Positions 57,891 to 64,000 of a stretch of DNA of 64,000 nucleotides are shown piece after piece. The translations under genes were made by a program, and so were the position numbers. Origin of the DNA: an uncultured Desulfobacter sp. (GTDB lineage Bacteria > Desulfobacterota > Desulfobacteria > Desulfobacterales > Desulfobacteraceae); the NCBI GenBank assembly GCA_963665095.1, contig OY762069.1, positions 4,736,001 through 4,800,000 of the forward strand, read 5' to 3'. The first letter of the stretch is position 1, and each line of letters starts with the position of its first letter. The notes under the pieces were generated by a model that was given only the letters and a program-made list of their open reading frames with translations, had not been told where the DNA came from and made no database searches.

Positions 57891-58865
57891 ATGAGATATA
57901 AAATCTGTGTCACCGTTGTTTTTACTGTTGTATGTTTGCTTTCAGGGCTGATGCCTGGACTGTCCCAGGCTTTGGCCAATGATATCTCCACCCGCAGAAA
58001 AATAGCGCCCGGTGAAAAAACGGACAGGTTCAAGGCAAATGACGATATTATTAATTTTGGTGTGGAAGCCTTAGAATCAAAAGAGGTGATGAATAAAGCA
58101 TTTACCCCTTTGCTAAACTATATTGGCGAAAAAATAGGGAAACGGTTTATTATTAACTATTTTGTTGATGATAAGACCATTTTGACTCAACTGCTCAGAG
58201 GCTCCATACAGATCGCCCATTTTTCGTCCCAGGAGTATGCCCGGTGTTTGATAAAGCATGAGCCCGACATTCACTATATTGCGACGGTATGTAATTCAAC
58301 TAAGACGCCGTCTGATTTCTACTATGGGTATATTTTTACAAAAAAGGGTCGTCCGGCCCAAACCCTTAACGATCTGGCGGGCAGGACATTTGCCTTTGTC
58401 AACCGGACATCTGGCAGCGGCTACTATTATCCGCTGATGCTTTTTCGGAAAGCAGGCATTGAGCCTGACAGTTTTTTCTCCCGCACACTGTTTCTCGGTG
58501 ACCATCCGGAAGTTACCGCCGGTGTTATCAGTGAAACGGTTTATGCCGGGGCCACCTATGACGGCAACTACCGGAATGCTGCGGAATCTTGTGGCAATTG
58601 CCTGAAGATTATTGAAAAATCTCCTCCAATACCCAATGAGCCCTGGGTGGCCGGAAAAGGCGTTTCAAAAGAAATTATAGACAATATACGCCATGTACTG
58701 CTATTGATTACGCCCGAAAGCAGGTCTTCAGACGGCAGGCCGGCTGTCAGCACCGTCCTGAGGGAGGGCCTGGAGGTTGATTCATTCACGGTTCATGATC
58801 CGTCCTTCTACCAGGTCGTGGTGGACATGCTCAATTACACAGGACTAAATTCATTTGATAATTAA
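57891..58865 (+). CDS. PhnD-like phosphate/phosphonate periplasmic binding protein
   Basis: Signal peptide; DLAGRTFAF...SGSGYYYP, GDH, SPPIPNEP. Confidence 0.8.
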   Translation: MRYKICVTVVFTVVCLLSGLMPGLSQALANDISTRRKIAPGEKTDRFKANDDIINFGVEALESKEVMNKAFTPLLNYIGEKIGKRFIINYFVDDKTILTQLLRGSIQIAHFSSQEYARCLIKHEPDIHYIATVCNSTKTPSDFYYGYIFTKKGRPAQTLNDLAGRTFAFVNRTSGSGYYYPLMLFRKAGIEPDSFFSRTLFLGDHPEVTAGVISETVYAGATYDGNYRNAAESCGNCLKIIEKSPPIPNEPWVAGKGVSKEIIDNIRHVLLLITPESRSSDGRPAVSTVLREGLEVDSFTVHDPSFYQVVVDMLNYTGLNSFDN

Positions 58866-61098
58866 GCCAGGCCGATTTTTTCATATACCCACACTTAAAT
58901 TTAAATCGATCTTCGTTTTGGGTAATCTGTTTAAAAACATCTCCCTGACGGGAAAAGCCAGGCTGTTTCTGCTTTCAATTTTACTGCCTTTCTGCCTGAT
59001 CCTCAGCATATCCCTGACCTTACTGTGGCAGCGGACCAATGCTTTTTTTGACAAGCATGTGACCCAGTCTGAAAATCTTGTGCAGCGCAGTCTTGATAAT
59101 TACAAAAAAAATGCCCTGATATACGCCCATGTGATTTCAGAAAACATTCTGGTTCGCCAGGCAGTTTATCTGGATGATGTGAGTAATTTAAAAAATATTA
59201 TCTCACACCGACTGGTATCTGAATTCAATGCCAGTAATATTTCAGTGTTTGATGCGGCCGGACTGATGCTTTACCAGGTGGCTGACACTGTGCCGATACC
59301 AGATCCATCGGGAACACGGGTGATGAAAGAGGTCCTGGACGGCAATACTCTGGTTTCCATTCATCGCAGCAGAGAAAGTATTATCCTGGAAACCTTTTGT
59401 CCGGTTTTCCACACCAACCTGGACAATATGGTGGTGGGTGCTGTCTGTGTGGATTATCGCATAAACAATGATTTTGCCCGCGCCATTAAAAATACCTGTG
59501 GTGTGGACATTGTTCTTTTTGATAACGGCCGCCTTGTGGCCTCCTCCTTTCCGGAAACAACCCGGATAAAAATGGTGTCAGGCGTTGCAGACACCGGAAA
59601 ATCAGGAAAAAAAATTCCGGTTATCGTAGACAATACCAGCTATGATGCCGTCTGCCTGAAATTCAAAGGCAAAGAATTATGCGCTCTGGCGCTTTATGTG
59701 GTCCTGGACCATTCTGTACTTAAAAATGCTTTGGGAAAAACCATTAAGATTCTTCTTGTGGCTTTTTTAATTTTAGGGGGCCTTGGGGCTGTCATGGCCA
59801 TGCTCATTGCAGGGGAAGTGGTGCAATCCATGAACAAGGTCATCCGCCATGCCAGAGACCTGTCTGTCCGGCATTTTGACAAACCCATTGAGATTACCGG
59901 GAAGGATGAATTTTCAGAAGTGGCTCAGGCGTTCAACCTGATGTCCAGGCGCTTGAAGGTAAGTTTCCGGCATATTGAAGATCAGGCTCTGGAACTTGAA
60001 AAAACCAAGACATATCTGAATAATGTTATTGATTCCATGCCGCTGGTGCTCATTGGTCTTAATCAAGAAGGAAACATTACATTTTTAAATAAAAAGGGCC
60101 GTACAATTCACGGCGAATCTGTCAGCAATAGTGCGGGCAGTGGATCAGTCCAATATAAAGAGTTATTAAAAGGCTATGATGCATCTGCCCAGACCGCTGT
60201 TGAACAGGTTATTACCACACTTCGTCCTGCCCGGCTTGAGATGGTGGGTTTTCAGAAAGACAAAGAGCAGCTGTTTCACCGTTTTACAGTCTTTCCGGTT
60301 CTGGCAGGAGATGACAGCTGTGCCATGATCTGCATTGAAGACACAACAGAACAGCATTTAATGGAACTGCGTCTGCGCCAGTCTCAGAAGATGGAATCCA
60401 TTGGCCGGCTTGCCGGGGGGATTGCCCATGACTTCAACAACATCCTTACCAGTATCTTCGGCAACATCCATCTGTCCAGAATGACAGTTAATGAGCCAGA
60501 TGCCGTCACGGGTTATCTTGATAAGCTTGACATTGCAGCACAACGGGCCGCTGGGCTGATACGACAGATTCTGACCTTCAGCCGTCAAACCAAGCCCCAG
60601 AAAAAAGAAATTCAGCTCCAGGGTGTGGTGAATGAGGCACTGAAACTGCTCAGATCAACCCTTCCCACCGCCATTGAAGTAAAGGAACAACTTGAATCCC
60701 GATCTTACATTCTGGCAGATGCCACCCAGATGCTTCAGGTGGTCATGAATCTTTGTACCAATGCCTATGCGGCAATGGAGGGAACTAAAGGCCTTTTGAC
60801 CGTGACCCTGAAAGATATAAAATTTACAGACAGCGGGATTTATTTCCCTGATTGTCCCATCAGTGAGTTATACCTTCGTCTTGAGGTCATTGATACCGGA
60901 AAGGGAATGGACGAGAAAACCCTTGAAAAGGCATTTGATCCCTATTTTACCACTAAGGAAATCGGCAGGGGAACAGGGCTTGGTCTCACCCTGGTGCAAT
61001 CCATTGTGGCAGAGCATCAGGGGATTTTGAATGTGCGGAGTATGCCTGGAAAAGGCAGCCGGTTTCAACTGTTTTTTCCCATCGTCTCGCCCTCATGA
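58855..61098 (+). CDS. Membrane sensor histidine kinase (periplasmic domain, HAMP, PAS, HisKA, HATPase)
   Basis: LAGGIAHDFNNIL, NLCTNA, DTGKGM, FDPYFTTK..GTGLGL; no receiver domain. Confidence 0.92.
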   Translation: MIIKPGRFFHIPTLKFKSIFVLGNLFKNISLTGKARLFLLSILLPFCLILSISLTLLWQRTNAFFDKHVTQSENLVQRSLDNYKKNALIYAHVISENILVRQAVYLDDVSNLKNIISHRLVSEFNASNISVFDAAGLMLYQVADTVPIPDPSGTRVMKEVLDGNTLVSIHRSRESIILETFCPVFHTNLDNMVVGAVCVDYRINNDFARAIKNTCGVDIVLFDNGRLVASSFPETTRIKMVSGVADTGKSGKKIPVIVDNTSYDAVCLKFKGKELCALALYVVLDHSVLKNALGKTIKILLVAFLILGGLGAVMAMLIAGEVVQSMNKVIRHARDLSVRHFDKPIEITGKDEFSEVAQAFNLMSRRLKVSFRHIEDQALELEKTKTYLNNVIDSMPLVLIGLNQEGNITFLNKKGRTIHGESVSNSAGSGSVQYKELLKGYDASAQTAVEQVITTLRPARLEMVGFQKDKEQLFHRFTVFPVLAGDDSCAMICIEDTTEQHLMELRLRQSQKMESIGRLAGGIAHDFNNILTSIFGNIHLSRMTVNEPDAVTGYLDKLDIAAQRAAGLIRQILTFSRQTKPQKKEIQLQGVVNEALKLLRSTLPTAIEVKEQLESRSYILADATQMLQVVMNLCTNAYAAMEGTKGLLTVTLKDIKFTDSGIYFPDCPISELYLRLEVIDTGKGMDEKTLEKAFDPYFTTKEIGRGTGLGLTLVQSIVAEHQGILNVRSMPGKGSRFQLFFPIVSPS

Positions 61099-61352
61099 CC
61101 GGTATTGCGGCAGGCGCACAAAAAAGCACTGCCAGAGATGCGCCGAAAAGGACCGGCACGCCGGTAGAAAAAGGACCGTTATCGAGCAAAGGACCGGTGT
61201 CTGTTGGGAAAAGGTCCGTATTAGAACAATCTAATATGTTCAGTTGTCAAGTTTTTTAATTTTGCGCCCTGTTTTTCCCGATTGATACTGGCCTTTTTTT
61301 TGTCAAACTGGTACTAAGATCGCCAACTGCAACCCTCTTCAGGAAAATAACC

Positions 61353-62297
61353 ATGACAGACGATTTAAAAGTATTCTCCGGCGGATCCAATCAGGATCTT
61401 GCCTTGGAGATCTGCCGGAATATCGGAATTCCTTTAAGTCCGTTACAAACCTCACGGTTTTCAAACGATAACCTGTTTGTACAGATCCAGGAGAGCGTCA
61501 GGGAGAAGGACGTGTTTGTGGTCCAGTCTCTGACCGCGCCGGTGAGCGACCACCTCATGGAACTGATGATCACCCTGGATGCCCTGCGCAGTGCATCTGC
61601 CAAACGGATTACAGCCGTAATTCCCTACTATTCCTACGCCCGGTCTGATAAAAAAGATGCCCCCAGAATTTCAATTACAGCCCGGCTCGTGGCAGATCTT
61701 CTGAAAACAGCCGGGGCTGACCGGGTGCTGACCATGGACCTGCATGCCGATGCCGTACATGGCTTTTTCAGCATTCCTGTGGACCATTTAACCGCCATGC
61801 CCACTATCTGTGATTATTTTGCCGATCTTCTGGATCTGTCCAAGGTGGTGGTGGTGGCAACCGATGCCGGCGGGGCCAAGCGGGCCGGACGGTTTGCCAA
61901 ACGGCTGGATACCTCCCTTGCCATTATTGACAAACGCCGTATCAGCGACTCCAATGTTCAGCAGGGGCTGGTTGTGGGAAAGGTGGAAGGCCTGGATGCC
62001 GTTGTCTTTGATGATGAAATTTCCACCGGCGGCACCCTGGTCAGCACTGTGGAGACGTTGAACCGGGCCGGTGCGGCCAATGTCTATGTCGGAGCGACCC
62101 ATCCGGTTCTTTGCGGGAACGCGGTGGAAAATTTAGCTGCCGCCGCCATTTCACAGATTGTGGTTGCCAACACGGTGGGTATTCCGGAATCAAAACAATT
62201 TCCAGCGCTTAAAATTCTGTCTGTGGCCCCGCTTTTTGCACGGGCTATCCAGCACATTCATACCGGGGAAAGTGTTTCAGCGCTGTTTAAGCCATGA
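61353..62297 (+). CDS. prs: Ribose-phosphate pyrophosphokinase
   Basis: IPYYSYARSDKK, MDLHA, IDKRR, DDEISTGGT, ATHPV. Confidence 0.93.
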   Translation: MTDDLKVFSGGSNQDLALEICRNIGIPLSPLQTSRFSNDNLFVQIQESVREKDVFVVQSLTAPVSDHLMELMITLDALRSASAKRITAVIPYYSYARSDKKDAPRISITARLVADLLKTAGADRVLTMDLHADAVHGFFSIPVDHLTAMPTICDYFADLLDLSKVVVVATDAGGAKRAGRFAKRLDTSLAIIDKRRISDSNVQQGLVVGKVEGLDAVVFDDEISTGGTLVSTVETLNRAGAANVYVGATHPVLCGNAVENLAAAAISQIVVANTVGIPESKQFPALKILSVAPLFARAIQHIHTGESVSALFKP

Positions 62298-62352
62298 GAT
62301 AAAGCCTGCCCACAGACATTTTGCTGCGGGCAGGCCCTGACTCAAACAGACA

Positions 62353-63441
62353 TTACCCAAAAAGTTCGCCCATCCGGAACAGCAGATCAAAGTTTCCGTC
62401 AACGGTATATTTTTTATCCATGAATGCCTGCTGACCGTCTGTTTTGCCTGTGAGCACATCCATCCACACGTCAAAGGGTGTGTTAAATACGAGATCGGCC
62501 TTGCCTGCCGTACTGTTTTCAGCAGGGCCGTGGGCACCTGTGACCTGGCCGTTATTTATTGTGAAGTGGCATATGCCTTCCACAGTGCCTGTAAAGTTGA
62601 ACTGAAGAGTTGCCTTGGTATCCCCCGCCCCTTGGGGATTAAAACCCATGGAAAAAATTTTGATAAAGGTGTCAATGGAATCAGGACGGGGGATCAGGCC
62701 TTTTTCACCGAATTCCCGGGGTGTCGCATTTTCCCCAATGCATGATTTCCAGAAAACATTAACCATTTGGGCCATTGTCTTTTTATCTTCCATAAGATCC
62801 CGGGTGATCCGGTCCATGGTTTCCGGCTGAATGGCCAGGGACTCAACAATCTCTCGTCCTGCCTGCCGTGTGGCATCTAAAATGTCATTTGCCCGGGTCT
62901 GGACAAAGGCCTGGGTCAGCATTTCAGCTGCCGGCCGATAGATCTCCGCCACAAGCCGGTCTTCTCTGCCGTAAATGAACCTCACCCATGAAGAGAGCTG
63001 GTTAAAGACACTATATTCCGGAAACCCCGCCACTGAAAGAAAAACCGCTTTAGGGGCGTTGTGTCGCTGGGGGTGAAACATATCGCCTTCTTTCCCCTCC
63101 CTGAAAAACGGTTCAAGTACGGGCAGGGTCCGTTCCACAAACGCCTTCATGGATGCGTTCAGGGTGTAATGATAAAGGGGGGATGCATAGACGGCCAGAT
63201 CGCAATTCAACCATTTTGAAAAAAGCTCCCTGCTCATGTCATCCTTGTGAATGCATACTCCCGGTGTTTTGGTCCAGCAGGAAAAACAGCCGATACAATA
63301 CCGGATGTTCTTCTTCCTTAAATTAACGGTTTCCACGGTTGCACCGGCCTCCCGCATGCCCCGGACAAGCGCATTCAGCATCAGTTCCGTTTTGCTCTGG
63401 CCGTCACCCCGGGGACTTGAATTTAAAGCAAGTATTTTCAT
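62353..63441 (-). CDS. Iron-sulfur flavoprotein/NADPH-FMN reductase-like domain fused to an SCP2 domain
   Basis: NSSPR, CIGCFSCW..TPG.C..KDDM, ASPLY; C-terminal SCP2-like GQQAFM..Y.VDG. Confidence 0.8.
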   Translation of the reverse strand: MKILALNSSPRGDGQSKTELMLNALVRGMREAGATVETVNLRKKNIRYCIGCFSCWTKTPGVCIHKDDMSRELFSKWLNCDLAVYASPLYHYTLNASMKAFVERTLPVLEPFFREGKEGDMFHPQRHNAPKAVFLSVAGFPEYSVFNQLSSWVRFIYGREDRLVAEIYRPAAEMLTQAFVQTRANDILDATRQAGREIVESLAIQPETMDRITRDLMEDKKTMAQMVNVFWKSCIGENATPREFGEKGLIPRPDSIDTFIKIFSMGFNPQGAGDTKATLQFNFTGTVEGICHFTINNGQVTGAHGPAENSTAGKADLVFNTPFDVWMDVLTGKTDGQQAFMDKKYTVDGNFDLLFRMGELFG

Positions 63442-63460
63442 AACAGACTCCTTGAAAGGT

Positions 63461-63506
63461 AAGAAAGCGCCATCTTCAGTATCCTGAAGCTGGCGCTTTC
63501 TTTTTT
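63461..63506. terminator. Intrinsic terminator-like hairpin downstream of the porin
   Basis: AAGAAAGCGCCA...TGGCGCTTTCTT stem followed by a T run. Confidence 0.6.
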
Positions 63507-63640
63507 ATCCTAAAAGCTGGGTTTTCCAGTTTCCTGAAACTTATCCCTGTGGCAAATGGGTGGTGCCCTTTGGCCGGGGACAGGTCTTAACGGGCGGAAA
63601 AACCCCTAGGTTTTATGGTATCCGGTAAATGGTTACATTG

Positions 63641-64000
63641 TTAGAAGTTGATCTGCCATTTCATGCCGTAGTAAAGAGTTTCTTTGTCGCCGTCTTCATC
63701 GCCTGCAAAGAAACCAACTTCAGGGGTAATGCATACGCCCGAGGCTATGGTGATGGGAGCTGTAACATAGTACGCGGAAACTTTATCATCAACATCATCA
63801 AGTTCAGACTGAACATAACCATAACCAGCTTCAATAGTGAACATGTCACTGATTTTGTAGCCGGCAACTAACAGGAAGCCAAAGCAATCGTTGTCAACTA
63901 CGTCTCCGCCGGCGATTGCGCCAACGCCGTCGCTCCAGCCGTTGTCGCCGTCAACGGAAATAGCGATCAGGTTGCCCGGGTTCTGTCCGAAGAAAGTATC
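63641..64000 (-). CDS. Outer membrane porin, C-terminal part (5' end outside window)
   Basis: Frame open to the window end; amphipathic beta strands, ITPEVG, ends YGMKWQINF. Confidence 0.75.
   Translation of the reverse strand, partial: DTFFGQNPGNLIAISVDGDNGWSDGVGAIAGGDVVDNDCFGFLLVAGYKISDMFTIEAGYGYVQSELDDVDDKVSAYYVTAPITIASGVCITPEVGFFAGDEDGDKETLYYGMKWQINF

Noticed and set aside
61123..61218. Possible CRISPR array
   Set aside because: Repeats are only about 9 bp with irregular short spacers and no cas genes.

Overview
Bacterial chromosomal window; gene content suggests an anaerobic Gram-negative sulfate reducer such as Desulfobacteraceae (inference). From left to right: (1) a 5'-truncated TPR-GAF sigma-54 activator converging on a sigma-54-promoted operon for corrinoid-dependent methyl transfer, probably aromatic O-demethylation (URO-D-family methyltransferase, corrinoid protein, methyl-THF methyltransferase, aromatic-acid MFS, DcaP porin, GPH symporter); (2) darP, an exonuclease-like gene, a threonine dehydratase-like gene, an MFS, and an ABC/LolA-like/outer-membrane cluster with a LytS/LytTR pair; (3) a TelA-DUF4178-lipoprotein-DUF350-membrane spermidine synthase operon followed by a pesticin-like muramidase; (4) slyB-like gene, typA and a globin-EAL-CZB protein bracketed by near-identical long palindromes; (5) a ~17 kb type IV filament (pilus/T2SS-like) operon with unusually large pilins and PilT, headed by a near-consensus sigma-70 promoter and a His/Cys-rich leader ORF ending in an RGPP arrest-like motif, the best candidate here for an undescribed, possibly metal-responsive system; (6) a cytochrome bd-superfamily/octaheme cytochrome c fusion, NUDIX, lipase, PhnD-like protein plus histidine kinase, prs, a flavodoxin-SCP2 protein and a partial porin. 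Two diverged copies of a structured ~120 bp repeat are present. No rRNA, tRNA, CRISPR array or transposase was recognised. All family calls come from motif recognition by eye, not database searches.
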